This document shows positions 47,160-61,231 of a stretch of 64,000 nt of DNA, piece by piece; position 1 is the first letter of the stretch; the number at the start of each line of letters is the position of its first letter. The notes below the pieces were generated by a model. It did not search any database and had not been told where the DNA came from. It saw nothing but the letters and a program-made list of their open reading frames with translations. Origin of the DNA: Azolla caroliniana (Eukaryota > Plantae > Polypodiophyta); the NCBI GenBank assembly GCA_043228905.1, contig JBHGNT010000008.1:10664001-10728000 (forward strand), written 5' to 3'. The position numbers and the translations under genes were made by a program.

Positions 47160-47650
47160 ACTCATTTAAGCAATGTGATAGAGTATATGGTAGCCCTCAC
47201 AGTGAGGAAAGAAGCACTATAGTTGCAAGGCTTGGCCAAGAGACTTGGTTTTAAGTGATATATTTTTTAATTGCAATGTGGTGGAGTACATTATAACCAC
47301 CAAAATGAGGAAAGAAGCATGTGGTTGAAGGGTTTGATTGAGGAACTTGGAGTTAAGTGATATAATTTTTCAGTTTAAATGCGATAGTTAAAAGTTATCC
47401 CTTTTCTCAAGAATCAAGTATTGCTTGTGAAATTAGAACATATCGATATTTGTTAACATAATTCATGAGATGAGAGAGTGGATCATTTCTAGAGGAATTT
47501 GTCTTTCAAAGATTCACTAAAAGGGATAAATGCAACTCATATGCTTACAAAGTCAGTGCTCTGAAGAAAGTTCAACAAATAGTCAATCTTATGGCAAGTT
47601 ACCATATATCGAGAAGCAATGCACTAAAAATCCATATCTAAGAAAAGGGG
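47160..47650 (+). pseudogene. Highly decayed copia RNase H relic with an internal duplication of about 103 bp
   Basis: KEA.WLKGLIEELGVK-like sequence occurs twice, followed by KNQV..HIDI-like sequence. Confidence 0.5.
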
Positions 47651-49257
47651 AGAAACAAAAGAAAACCCACAGACTATGCATAATATTAAGCTAAGATGGA
47701 TATTGTTGGTCAATGATTTTGATGTGGCTTTGACGTGGACAAATTATTTTTGGTAATGGAGTGTGTCACTATATCTTATTGCGTGTTAAACATAAGTTGT
47801 ACTACATATGAAGTGTGTATAAGTCATTCCATGTTATCCAAACACCATATGTTGAGTGTTAAAGAAGAAAGAGAAATGAGATTAAAATGTTTTATTCGAT
47901 GCTTGTGATTGACTGCTAAGAAAATTTTGAAGTCTAATTTTCTAACTAAGTATCCTATTAAATGTTCACTTCCATATTTCTTGTGTTATTTTGCCAAAAT
48001 GACACTCTTTTTTAGTATACCATAAACAAATGTTGGAACAGGTCAATACTTTGATTTATTTTTTTCAAAATGAAGCTACTTTCCCATTAGTTAGGAAGGA
48101 TTATTACAAGGAGACTATACTAGGAGGCTTATACACAAAACAGGGAATCTCCCTCCGATCAAGATCAAGAAAATGAGACTACTTACATAGCCTATCAAAC
48201 TAACTACCTAAAGTAAGTAGATACCTCTAGCTAAAAGCGGTGGCCTTTAGTGTCGGTCAGTATGAGCCGACTCCTAAGGCCTATAATGAAGGGAGGGTGG
48301 CATGTGAGAAGGAAACAACCAGCGTGGGGGTTGGTAGTTCCACCTCATGCCACTTCCTCCTAGCGTCACCATAGGCCTGTTCTGCCATTTCTGCCAAAAG
48401 CGCAAACGGGCAATGACCACATCATTGGAGTGGTTACAAACCTCGTCCAATTGCCCTCGTAGGCAACTGATAAGCACGAACCATATATCCATGATCACTT
48501 CCTCTAGGTGTTGTACCAAATCTTGGAAAACCTTTAGGCATCGTGCTTTCTAGACATACCACAAGGTGATGCCTTCGATCAACCTTCAAATTTCCAGGAA
48601 CCTAGGGGATGCGGACAACAAGTCTCTCTTAGAATGGCTCTTGATGATTTTGCCTCTTGTGCATACATAGCACCAACTATCTACATTGAAGGCTTCCGTC
48701 CACCTATCAACCGAGAGATCAACCCATGCCACAACACTCCACGATGTCGTTCCTTCCACTTCACATGCCGCAAGGAGGCGAGTGACTATGTCCCATACCT
48801 TTTGAGCTTGAGGGCAATCCCAAAGATAGTGTCTCAGAGACTCAATAGGTGAAGAGCAAAGTGGGCAACCTATTGGGCCGCCACTTTTACCTAGCCATTC
48901 GCCAACAGGAACCACATTATGACTGATCCGCCACCAAAAGAGCTTGATCTTTTCAGGCATGTGGAGACGCCAGAGACCCTTCCAAAAGGTAATGAGCACC
49001 TCGTCAAGGATGCCCAATGTTCGCCAGCCATTACGAAGGGGACCATCGAGCTGCAATTGTAATGTCCGCCCCAATTTAGTGCTATATTCGAAGAAGTGGT
49101 GGAGTTTGCCATCATGTTTCCACCTGAAATCCCTTGGGTCCCATTCTAGTTTGACAAGGGGATGAGAACCGTATACCCATAACTTCCAATGGGGTTCCAC
49201 CTTAGTAACATCCGGGTCTGTCTTCCAGATGTTATCAACCTGCGCCACCACTCAAAC

Positions 49258-52200
49258 TGACGGGAACCCAACGTTCCTTATGCGTGACGCTCGGCCACAA
49301 CCGAGCTTAGAATGATACACAGAAAACGGGAAATAAAAAAAAACACGACACAAAGAAGAAGAGAATACACAGGAGGTTTACGTGGAAAACCCCAAACTAG
49401 GGGAAAAACCACCGCAGCCCACAGGCTGCAAACTGTCACTATGTAATAATATACAACAGTGAGCTCACTGAGGCATCGACCTCGTGCTCACAGATCTTCG
49501 CCACAAGCGACGGTTACAACGGAGGCAACGACCTCTTTCTCTCTCTCTCTCTCTCTGTACAGTTACGCACACTGATCTCATGCAAAACAGAAAATGACAA
49601 CAACTACTAAAAGTTTGCCCTAAGTCATATTTATACTAATATGACTTTTCGGCTATTTACAAATATAGCCTCGATGAACTCTCAGAAAACATATTTACGA
49701 ATATGTCTCTTCATCCGGTTCATACCGGGTCTGCACCATCCGGCTCTCCGTAGCCGGGTACTCCTCATCCGGTCTTCACCGGGTCTGTATCATCCGGCTC
49801 TCCGTAGCCAGGTACTCCTCATCAGGTTTCGGCCTCGGCCGAGTTTGTTCATCGGCACTGTTCTTCTCCCTTCCCATCCGGAGGGACCTGTCTCCCAACA
49901 AACTCCCCCTTCACTCCGGCATGGGGTGTCTTACCAGTCCGATCCTCTTCCGGCATGCGTCCAGCTTGTCGGGTGTCAGCACTTTGGTCAGCATATCTGA
50001 CCCGTTCTCGGCCGTGTGGATCTTCGTCAGTGCGAACTCCTGGTCATCTACTCTTTCCCGGATCCAGTGATACCTTCGCTGGATATGCTTCGTCCGGGAA
50101 TGGTAGGCCGCATTCTTAGCAAGGTGGATGGCACTTTGACTGTCGCAATAGAGTCGGTATTCCTCTTGCCGTATACCGAGCTCTCCGATGAAGTCCTTCA
50201 TCCATAAAATTTCCTTGCCGGCTTCCACAGCTGCCATGTACTCCGCCTCCGTGGTTGACAATGCAATCGTCTTCTGCAGCCTCGACTGCCACGAAACAGC
50301 TCCCCCTGCATATGTCATTACATACCCGGATGTAGACCGGCTGGTATCCACATCAGCCGACATGTCCGAATCGGTGAAACCGTCCAGTTGAGGTTTTCCG
50401 GAGCCGAATCGAAGACACATATTTGAAGTGCCCTTCAAATATCGGAGTATCCATTTGACCGCGTTCCAGTGCTCCTTGTCGGGATTACTCATGAACCGGC
50501 TCACCACTCCGACTGCGTATCCTATATCCAGTCGAGTACAAACCATTGTGTACATCAAGCTCCCGACGGCAGAGGCATATGGAATCTTCATCATATCCGC
50601 CTTCTCTGCTTTCGTCTTCGGGCTTTGCTTGCCGGATAACCTGCAGTTTGCCGGAAGTGTCGATCCGACCGGTTTCGCTTCTGACATGTTGAACCGATGA
50701 AGCACCTTTGTCACATACTTCTCCTGTGATAGCCATAATTGCTTCGCTGATCGGTTCCGGATGATGTGCATCCCCAACATCTGTCTTGCCGGACCCAAGT
50801 CTTTCATTGAGAAGGTCCGGTTGAGAGCCTTCTTCAGCATCCGTATTTTGACTTGGTCACGTCCAACGATCAACATGTCATCCACGTACAGAAGGAGTAT
50901 TAGGAAGTCGCCTCCTTCGAACTTCTTCACAAACACACAGTGATCGGCCTGTGTCTTGTGGTACCCTTGATCGGTCATGAAGGAATCGAACTTCCGGTAC
51001 CATTGTCAGGGAGCCTGCTTCAGTCCGTACAGGCTCTTCTTCAACCGGCATACCAGGTGCTCCTTCCCTTTCTCCACGAATCCTTCCGGTTGCTGTATGT
51101 AGATCTCCTCTTCGAGGTCGCCGTGAAGGAATGTCGTCTTCACGTCCAGCTGCTCTACCTCGAGGTCCATGCTTGCTGCTATACTCAGCACCGTCCGGAT
51201 GGAGGTCATCTTTACTACTGGGGCAAATATCTCGTCGAAGTCCACGCCCTTCTTCTGCTGGAACCCCTTCACCACGATCCTGGCTTTGTATCTCGGGGGT
51301 TTGCCGGCATATCCCGGTTTCAACTTGTACACCCACTTGTTTCGGAGTGCCCGCTTTCCTTTCGGCAACTCCACCAATTCGTACGTATGGTTCTCATGCA
51401 GGGAATCCATCTCATCCTGCATGGCACTTAACCATTTTCGCCTGTGGGTGTCTTCCTTCGCTTCTTCGAAGCTTTCCGGCTCCCCCTCATCGGTCAGCAG
51501 AACATGCTCTACATCCGGAAATCTCCGGGGTGCCCTTCTCTCTCTAAGAGGATATCTCCGTCTTCGGGCTTCGGTAACCGGCTCGTCCATCTGCTCTTCA
51601 TCCGAATCTGATTCGGGGTCTTGGCCGGTTCCGGTTTCAGCTTCCTCTACTTCTTCTTCAGCCTGTTCGGTATCCTCACCGTAACCGGCTGGTCCCTCGA
51701 GTGCTTACCGGTCTCTTGCCGGTTGGGTCTGTTCATCGTAGAGTTGATCCTTACCGGTCGACTCGGAGTTCATTATCTTCTTCTTCGACTCCCAGTCGGC
51801 GAGCGTCTTGTTCTCCATGAAGATAATATCTCAACTCCGGAATACCTTCTTGTCGACCAAGTCCCACACTCGGTAGCCGAACTCATCGTCGCCGTAACCG
51901 AGGAATATGCATGGCCGGGTCTTTGGGTCTAACTTTCCTCTCCGGTCCTTAGCTACATGCACATACGCGAGACACCCGAACACCTTCAGATGCCGGTAGG
52001 ATACTTCCTTACCGGTCCACACTCTCTGTGGCGTGTCTCCGTCCAAGGGTACTGAGGGTGATCTGTTTATCACGTATGTCGCCGTCGACAATGCCTCAGC
52101 CCAAAACTTCTTGGGTAGTTTTGCATGCGCTAGCATACTCCGAACCCTCTCCATTATGGTCTGGTTCATCCTCTCGGCCAGTCCGTTTAGTTCCGGCGTC

Positions 52201-54242
52201 TTCGGCACGGTAAATTCGAGCCGGATTCCCTTTGAGCGGCAGTACTCCTCGAACTGCCCCCGGTATTCTCCTCCGTTATCTGCTCGAACCGCCTTCAGCT
52301 TCCAGCCGGTTTCTCTTTCCACTCTCGCGTGGAGCTCTTTGAAGACGGATAACACCTGATCCTTCGTCTTCAACGGTGTGGCCCACAACTTCCGGTTGTG
52401 GTCATCTATGAACGTCACGAAGTACTGCGCTCCGGCATGTGACTTCCTGTCTACCTGACACACATCCGTATGCACCAACTCCAGTGGTGCATTACGTCTC
52501 ATCGGTGGCCTTGGTCGGAAGAAGGTCCAGTTTTGCTTACCGGCCAGACAATCAGTGCACTTCTCTAAGTGCACGTCCTTCACTGGAATGAGGTTGTCGT
52601 CTGCAAGCCTCTTCATCCCCTTCTCGCTCATATGACACAACCTCTTGTGCCACAGCTCACCGGCAGTGTCGGAAGCCATGTTCACTTCTTCCGGACATAA
52701 CCGGGCATTCATCAGGTACAGGGTGTTTACCTTCCGAGCCCGAGCCACAATCAGGCTCCCTTTGCTGAACTTCATGACGTCGTTCCGGATGCTACCCGTG
52801 TAGCCTTCATCATCTAGCCGACCGGCTGATATCGGTTCAGACGAACCTCCGAAACGTGTCGGACATCCCTCAGCAGCAGCTTGCATCCGGTTGGTGTCAA
52901 CAGCCACACGTCTCCTATGCCGACAATTCGGCATGTTCCTTCATTCCCCATCCGGACACAGTCGTGGTCACTGGCTGAGTAGGATGAGAAGCATTTCCGG
53001 TCCGGGGTAAGGTGGAACGATGCTCCGGAGTCTACCACCCAGGTCATCTCGTCGCTGGCAAGGTTTATCTCACTCTCCTCGGTGATAAGCATCAACTCTT
53101 CTTCACTTACCGCGATTGTCATCATTCCCTTCCGGTCCGGCCCCCTCCGGTCTTTACCGTTCCGGTCCGGGGTCCGCTTCGAATCGGCACCGTCGGTTTC
53201 CTTGTCTTTAGAGAAGTGCCGACAGTTCTTCTGGAAGTGTCCCGGCTTGCCGCAACAGAAGCAAGTAGGCCTCCCCCTTGACTTTGATCGTGTCCCCGAC
53301 TTCTCCCGGTTCTGGGGACTACAGTTTCTATGTCTTCCTCGTTTTGATTCGGTAATGAGCGCTTTGGAGTCGGAGCTCGTATCCTTATCTTTCCGACGCG
53401 CCTCCTCATCTAGCAAGCTCGACTTTACTCTTGCTAGGGATAACCGCTTTCCTTCCGACCCGGCGTTGCCCAAAGTGACAACCAACGTCTCCTAGCTATC
53501 CGGGAGGGAACCGAGCAGGAGTAGTGCTAGTACTTCATCGGCGAGAGGTACTTCCAATGAAGTTGCCTGGTGGATCAACCCCTAGAAGGCATTCATGTGC
53601 TCCGCCATGCTGGAGCCATCTTGGTACCAGAATACCGACACCTGATTGACAGCATTTTTGTTCTGAAACATTATGTCGATCTTCTCCCAGAGCTCATGAG
53701 CCTTGCTCTCTTCATTGAAGTTGTTGTATAGGCTCATGTCGATGAAGCACCGTATGTACGCCGTTGTCTTCATGTGCATCACCTCCCATATTGTGGCATC
53801 GATCTTGTCCAGTCTCTTGTTCCCGAACTGAACCGGTAGCCAAAGATCTTTAACCACGAGCATGTCTCTCATCTTCAACTTCCACACTGAATAGTTGGAG
53901 CCGGTGAGCTTGAACATGCCGCCAAACGATTCGTCCATTTTCTGTGTCGTTTCGCTCTGATACCACTTGACGGGAACCCAACGTTCCTTATGCGCGACGC
54001 TCGGCCACAACCGAGCTTAGAATGATACACAGAAAACGGGAAATAAAAAAAAACACGACACAAAGAAGAAGAGAATACACAAGAGGTTTACGTGGAAAAC
54101 CCCAAACTAGGGGAAAAACCACGGCAGCCCACAGGCTGCAAACTGTCACTATGTAATAATATACAACGGTGAGCTCACTGAGGCATCGACCTCGTGCTCA
54201 CAGATCTTCGCCACAAGCGGCGGTTACAACGGAGGCAACGAC

Positions 54243-54291
<49 letters not shown>

Positions 54292-54629
54292 CAGTTACAC
54301 ACACTGATCTCATGCAAAACAGAAAATGACAACTACTAAAAGTTTGCCCTAAGTCATATTTATACTAATATGACTTTTCGGCTATTTACAAATATAGCCT
54401 CGATGAACTCTCAGAAAACATATTTACGAATATGTCCCTTCATCCGGTTCATACCGGGTCTACACCATCCGGCTCTCCGTAGCCGGGTACTCCTCATCCG
54501 GTCTTCACCGGGTCTGTATCATCCGGCTCTCCGTAGCCGGGTACTCCTCATCAGGTTTTGGCCTCGGCCGAGTTTGTTCATCGGCACTGTTCTTCTCCCT
54601 TCCCATCCGGAGGGACCTGTCTCCCAACA
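49258..54629 (-). mobile_element. Full-length family B copia with TSD CAAAC, LTRs 49258-49900 and 53968-54629
   Basis: caaac at 49253-49257 and 54630-54634. PBS 53954-53965, PPT 49901-49910. About 10 substitutions between the LTRs, counted by eye. Confidence 0.95.
49911..53938 (-). pseudogene. gag-pol with premature stops and frameshifts
   Basis: ORF pieces 53582-53938, 52814-53485, 51831-52934, 51006-51590 and 49911-50978, colinear with 8770-12843. Confidence 0.92.
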
Positions 54630-55279
54630 CAAACTAGGTGCCAAGTGCCCCTACTCTGCCTCTCCCCAAAAAATGTATCTCTTCCCGATCCACTCACGCC
54701 CTTCAACAACTTAACCATTCTAGCCTCATCAAAGAGATTGAACCATGCATTTTCTCGCACTTTCCCCATCGGAACCCTATCAACTGTCTCAACTATCAAT
54801 TTCCACATTTTTATAGCTCTCTTGAGGGGAGGGAATGGGTCCTCTTGGGCTCCCCTTGTAGCAATCATGCATCTCCAATCATCTATAGAGTGAACCATGT
54901 ATGCGCCAACTTTCCCCATGCTAGGCCCTTAAGTTGCCCTAACATCATGTTGTCACTTGTTCACACCTGAGGATTCCAAAATAAAGGTTGTCTAGTCCAC
55001 TCGATTAGTGTCTCCGGGGTGTGCTTGACCAAATGTTGTCGCACATGACACCATGCCCGCAAGATGGAGTTCGTTACCCTGTCCTCTAGTTGACAAGCCA
55101 TCTTGGGTGGGACTTAGCTCGTGCAACACCAGTTCAAGGAGTTAGGCCAAGGCCTACCATACTTGGGAGTCCCTGCTTGCAACATGTTGCGAAGTAGTAC
55201 CTTCCAACACCCCTTACTTGGCAGAAGGCAACGAACCACCATTTTGGCCAGCAATGCACGTCTCTGCATTAAGGGGTTC

Positions 55280-57347
55280 CATTTATTCCCTCGACAAGTG
55301 AAGTTTATCAAGAAATCTTCAATGACATACTCGAAATCCGCGACAATGTCTTCATTCAAGGTTCGAAACCAAATTCCGGCTTGGTCATCGAGTGTAAGCC
55401 CAAATGCAGCTACCTTGGTGGTCTTTGTGAGGGGTTCATAAGCGTGACAAATCTGTTTGAACCTCTCAACGTGATCATAGGCATCACCGAAACTGAGAAA
55501 ACAGGGTACTAGTTTAGAAATGGAAGCACTCTTCCCGTTGTCATTTGTAGGGTTTCTCGGATGGTCCGTGGGTGCTCACTCTTTTTCCATCAATGCTACG
55601 AGGGTTTGGATGGATTGCAATGCTTGTGCGAGTTCGGCGTTTAGGGGTGTCAGGGCAGTTTGGTCAAGTGTAGGGGTCATGTCCATACGTTGTGGTGTCG
55701 GGTGTCATTGCATGTGGGCTTCGTTTGGACTGTCGCCCGTTGTGCTCAAATGCGGTACGGAGCTACGCTCACGGCCTCGACGGTGCATGTGCGACGATGT
55801 TTCTAGGAGGTGAAGTTTTTGTTGCACTCGTGCGAATTTGTCTTTCCTTTCTGCCAAAGCGGCTTCGATATCTTGAGTGATGCTTTCCAGTTGTCCTCCT
55901 TTCTGAGTTGTACCGTCCATATATTGATTTCTTGTTCTATCACTCGTAACTCTTGTGCGGCGTCTCGTATGTGTCGCTCTACGCTGAGTGGGTTTGCCAT
56001 TGGGCTCTCTTGTAGTGGGGGCGTGTTGAGAGGTGCTTTAGTTCCTGGGCTCGATGGGAGGTTCATGTTTGGTAGCGTCCCTGGACTTAGCCACCCTCCG
56101 TGGTATCGAGTAGGGTTAGGTGGGTCAACATCGTGTGTTTGGTTGGTTTGGGTGGACTCCTCCTAGTGTGTGGGTCGGGTTTTGAACATCTCTATCCATG
56201 AGGATCCAGTCATGTTTTCTTGTCAAGCTTTTGCGGGTTCGTCGAACTTTGATCTTCGTCGAAGGATGTGGGTTCGTTGAACTTTGATCTTTCGTCGAAG
56301 GATATGGGTTCGTCGAAAGATGTGGGTTCGTCGAACTTTTATCTTTCGTCAAAGGATGTGGGTTCGTCGAACTTTGATCTTTCGTCGAAGGATGCTTCCT
56401 TTATCGAACTTTGATCTTTCGACGAACTTTGCATGGGAAATTTGAATTTTTTGGTGCCAACGGCTGTTTCGTGTTCCGTAGGATGATTGTAATCCGCGAG
56501 AATCGTGGTGGTTATGCTTGCCCTGCAACGGCTACATCTCAATAATGCTTAGTGTTAACTGAATGAATAGCTTGCTAATGTCCGGGCGATTAAGGAAGGG
56601 TAAATTAAAACTTCTTAAAAAACAGAAAATTAACTTAGTGAAAATGTGAAATAGTGATTGTTTTAAAAATAGAAAATTAACTTAATTAAACTATGAAATA
56701 GTGAGCAAAAAACAGAAAATAGTGGTTCCCTTTCGATTTCTTCCTTCGTTAAGTGGGTTGCCTACGATTTTTTGACTACTCGAAATCGTCTTCAAGCGTC
56801 GGTCGTCTCCTCGGCAGTGGCGCCAAATAGATGTGTAGGATCTATGTATTGATGGAGTTAGCTCCTCGATGTTGTTTGCGGAGTTCGGACCGGCGTATAC
56901 CCTTTTGATGGCAAATCGGGCGGAGATGGTTGTCGGACACCCCCGAGCCTCACACTCACTTAACGATTAATAGATGATTAAGCATGATATCTCTCTCTCT
57001 CTCAAGCTTGCTCTCATAGACAATAGGGTAATGAATATAGACAATAAGAGTAATGAATATGTTTATTAACCCTCTTTGCTAAGAGGTCTAGCACCAACAA
57101 GGAAGAGAGATTAGTGTTCTCTAACTAAACACTTCACTAATCTCTCTTAAGCTTAAAGGTTACAAGAAGGAGGAGAGGAAGCTCTAGCTCTTAATCAATA
57201 GGGAGATCTTTACAAATGGAAGAACCCTTACAAAGCCACTACTATGTGGTTTATATAGCATTCACGTTTAGGGTATGGGCCTTTCACACATGGACGTCCC
57301 TTTGCCTCTTTTCCTCTTGCCGTTTCCTCTTCGTAGGTCCTTCAACA
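55280..57347 (-). mobile_element. Gypsy remnant (Athila-like PBS): LTR about 56830-57347, 5' UTR with 36-bp repeats, gag start
   Basis: Minus strand TTTGGCGCCACTGCCGAGGA at 56809-56828 resembles the tRNA-Asp PBS TGGCGCCGTTGCCGGGGA. Gag-like DHVERFKQIC..FGLTLDDQAGIWF at about 55300-55500. Confidence 0.65.
56234..56430. repeat. Tandem repeats of about 36 bp (gggttcgtcgaactttgatctttcgtcgaaggatgt)
   Basis: About five degenerate units read directly. Confidence 0.85.
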
Positions 57348-57460
57348 CATACTACGTCCTTGTTGATGTGCTCTTATTCATGACTGGTTGTGTTGCAATC
57401 CAAGCGCTTAACAGAAGAGCCCCATGTATCTTTCACCCCGATTTTGCCAATTAAGAAAGC

Positions 57461-57991
57461 TCATGAATCCAGCTCCGCACCATGAATTGGTCTTTCGGTC
57501 CCCCCTTTCCTGTCTCCTAGGTGCTCAGTCATGTTGAAATCACCAACCATTATCCATGCCTCTGCATCAGGTAATGTGGTCGCTAACATCCTCCAGAAGA
57601 TTGCTCTCTTGGGGGATGAGTTAGGGGCATAAATGTTTAGCACCCCAATTTGTAGGCGATTCCATTTCAGAAGCACATATAAGGCTCTACCCGCGACTAG
57701 CGTGCCATGACATGATGTTACTTCATAGTGAGCCTTATCGTTGATCGAGATGCATACCCCTCCTCTACGGTGGAGGTCACCCTGTGCCGCTGACCACCAC
57801 GTGGTGCACCCACCCGACAAGGGGTTTAATAGGCTCTGAGCTCTCTCTTCAGAGAGGTGGTGTTCTTGCAAAAGCAATATATCGATATTGCCCCCAATAT
57901 TAGGGGGATTCAACTCCTCTCGAAGTCTTTTGCACTCTTGATGTTGCCGGCCTCCACCAAGGCCATGTACATTCCTCGTTAAGATCCTCAT
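57461..57991 (-). pseudogene. LINE ORF2 apurinic-like endonuclease domain
   Basis: Conserved NV.G, QE, Y.P and GDFN motifs. Confidence 0.85.
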
Positions 57992-59995
57992 CCGAAAACG
58001 GTGAGGTTGACGCCCATGTCCGGGTTGACCACCATGTCATGGGGCAAACTAACAATTGCTTCTAGGACTATGGGCTCCAGCAAGGATTGAAGAGCCCCTA
58101 AGGGATTCTTGGCTTGTCGATCCCGACCCGCTTCAAATAGTTCTTGTGATATGTTTTGGCACCTAAGTGGTTGCCCAACCTGCATCCCTTTATCCCAAAT
58201 AGTCCTCGCCAAACCAGGTGTGGTTGCAACTCCATCGGGGTGGGGAACACGAGCTAAGGATGTTGTGGGGGAAGGGACAAGGAGTCACATGGGGACAATG
58301 TTGCTGCCAACATTTCTGGGTCGTCATCCCCTAGCCCTTGGAGCAATGTAAACCTATTGGTAGCTCTCACCTGTAGGTCATGTGCTTCCGCACTCCCTGA
58401 GAGGATCTCCACCCATTTCAAGGGTTGCTCGTCCGCACTTGCTGGGGACAAGGTAGTGGGACTTCTTTCTAAGGGAAGGCCTTAAGAGGGGGGGGGGGGG
58501 GGGGGGGGCAGGCCGCATATAGGCTTCCAAGTTTCCCCTTCTTCTTAACGGGCTTCCAAGGAGCCTCGTCACCCTTGGTTGATGCAGCCTTCCTAGAGGC
58601 TCGAGGTCCCGAGCTTCCCTTTTCAATCTTACGATGACAACCCTTAGCTAGGTGTCCTTTCTGTTTGCAAATGAAACACTGCCTAGGGAGTCCCTCATAA
58701 ACCACTTTCACCACTGTGAGACCGAGCTCCTCAGTGTAGAGCCTAATTCTTGTTGGCACTAAGATGCGCACCTTGGGCACCTCCGCGATTGTATCTACCA
58801 TAGACATTTTTTGAGGGGGGCCTTTGCCAACATCTCCTCTGGGGTGGATAGTACAAGATGTGGTTGCAACTCCATCGGGGTGGAGAACACGAGCTAAGGA
58901 TCTTGTGGGGGAAGGGACAAGGAGTCGCATGGGGACAACATTGCTGCCAGTGCTTCTGGGTCGTCATCCCCTAGCCCTTGGAGCAATGTAGATCTGTTGG
59001 TACCTCTCACAAGTTTTTGTTGTCAAGTAATCAAGATCTAGGTTTAATGGCTAAGTGATATACCTTAGACATTATGCTATTAACTAAACCCTTAATGCAT
59101 ATTTTTTTCCTTCTTTGGTTGTTAGATTATATCAAAGGCTTGTGTGTCTTTGATTGAGCAATGTGGTACTGATCAGTCATGAATTTAATTAAACTAAGAA
59201 CCAACAATTAATTGACAATAATCTTCAATCAACAAAGTCTAACCAAGAACCATGCCATTAATGAACCGATAATATAAGTAGAAGCCATTTAATTAATGAT
59301 TGACATTTCACACAAATTCAACTATTGGTATTCCACATAACTTTCAACTTATTTTGGTGCTACTGAGTCAAAGGTTTTAGATCCTAACTTTTCATATCCC
59401 TTTGAAAAAACAATGGTTAAGAAAGAAAACAATACAATGTGAGTTTCTCAAAACTTTTGATTCTCATTTTCTAATGCATTTATGTTGTATTCATTCATTA
59501 ATGAGTTGATAGAGGGGTGGACCTCCGACCCACTTAACAAAAATATTATGGTTAATTTTCATCTCTCCCTCCACACTACACAACAAAAATCAAAAGACAA
59601 TTTTAATGCAAAATCCCCTCTTTTCTACCTAGGCAAATGATACACGCAAAGATTGAATGTAGCAACACTCCATGTGAACTATTTAGAAAAATGCTATTTA
59701 TATTGCCCACGAGGAACATTGAATTGTTGACTAATCATATTTGCACCACATCCAAATGGAATAGGTGGAGAAGGATGCTTGCGATAGCAAATCACAAACC
59801 CAATACACTCCATATAAAACCAGCCATGTTGGGAAGGAAGCAAGCAAATGGGAATCCCACCATGCTAGACCCACCATACTAGAAGCTCCGTGTATGCTTT
59901 ATTTTTGTGGTGGTTTAACTATTTCAACTCGTTTTCCTTTTAATGCGAAAGGTTTTATGTAAGGTCGGTTGTTAGTGGTGGTTTAGGTATTGCAA

Positions 59996-60180
59996 CTACA
60001 TTGGGATGTATTATTATTGTGTGTTGAATAAAACCATTAGTAACAACCAAAGGTGGCCAAATGTTTATTAATCCAAGGCTTAGTTTGGAGCTACATTGGG
60101 ATGTATTATTATTGTGTGTTGAATAAAGCCATTAGTAACAACCAAAGGTGGCTAAATGTTTATTAATCCAAGGCTTAGTT
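59996..60180. repeat. Tandem duplication, period 95 bp, upstream of DXS
   Basis: 59996-60085 and 60091-60180 differ at 2 positions. Confidence 0.9.
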
Positions 60181-61114
60181 CGGGTCTAGCGTGGTGAATT
60201 CTGTCATAATGTTGTCATTCATGACAAATTTTACCATATCTCAATTGGCGCTGGCTTTGTTCGTTTCCCAGTGATGTTGGAATAAATAAACAGAAAGGAG
60301 AGATGAACGTATTAAGAAAATCTTACACGAAAGTGTGTGTCCTTTGTTGGGCACGTGCACTAAAAGTATTATGATTATATAGCCATGAAGAAATTTGTGT
60401 AACAGATACATAATTGGAGATGATGTCATTATGATGAAATGTTAAATAGATAAATTAAATTATGTGGATATTTAAATAAAACACGAGCGTATTTGTTTAT
60501 TTTACTTAGTTAGGGGTCTGGACTCTGGCTCATACATACATACATGATACAATACATATTGTGGGGCGTGCGTGCCATTCATCCATTCCATCTATTATTC
60601 CATCCATCCATCATGTGACATGGATGGATCCCTGCAACTCAACGCTGTTTGTTAGTTACGAACTTTCGTTATATACATACATACATACATACATAAATAG
60701 TTGAGACAGAGAGAAACTTCTGCTGTTTCATATGTACACATATATAATAAATAATATATATACATATCAATATGTATGTATATGGGACGACGTAAAGAAG
60801 AAAAAGAAGAAGAAGCTCTTAATAAGACAGACGTCGTCGGTTTGCTAACTAATGCGAAGCAGTGCTTTTTTTTTTTGGGAAAAAAGAAGACAGACAGACG
60901 TCTCTCAGATCACACACACTCTTCTCTCTCTCTCTCTGTCTCTCTCTCGTGTTGGGTCGGGTCTTTAAACCGACGTTATTATTTCATGAATCATATGTAT
61001 TATTTTTGCCTTTCTTTTTATCGAAATACATACATTATTTATTACGTACGTACGTACGTATATCCGACTTATGTCTCTATGTACGTATTATAGAGACATA
61101 AGTATACATACGTA

Positions 61115-61200
61115 ATAGTGTGTACATATATATATATATATATATATGTATGTATAAATAATCGTGTGACATCCTCTCAATTCAACTACCATTTCTTCTT

Positions 61201-61231
<31 letters not shown>

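Larger units (their letters stand above)
48050..59010 (-). mobile_element. L1-type LINE, 5'-truncated, interrupted by copia and gypsy insertions, RT domain deleted
   Basis: ORF1 knuckle VVYEGLPRQCFICKQKGHLAKGC (58469-58930). APE endonuclease MRILTRNVHG..LLQEHH..NIYAPN..VGDFN (57348-57991). zf-RVT PEKIKLFWWRI..CPLCSSPIESLRHYLWDC (48586-49251). A-rich end near 48055. Confidence 0.8.

Noticed and set aside
48040-48070. TSD for the LINE
   Set aside because: No matching duplication found between this end and 59011, so the LINE boundaries remain approximate.
56234-56430. Heat-shock elements in TTCGTCGAA repeats
   Set aside because: The TTC-GAA spacer is 3 nt, not the 2 nt of nGAAn arrays.
58488-58508. 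Poly-G tract as a regulatory G-quadruplex
   Set aside because: Lies in a proline-codon region of a dead LINE ORF1. Slippage or sequencing homopolymer error is sufficient.
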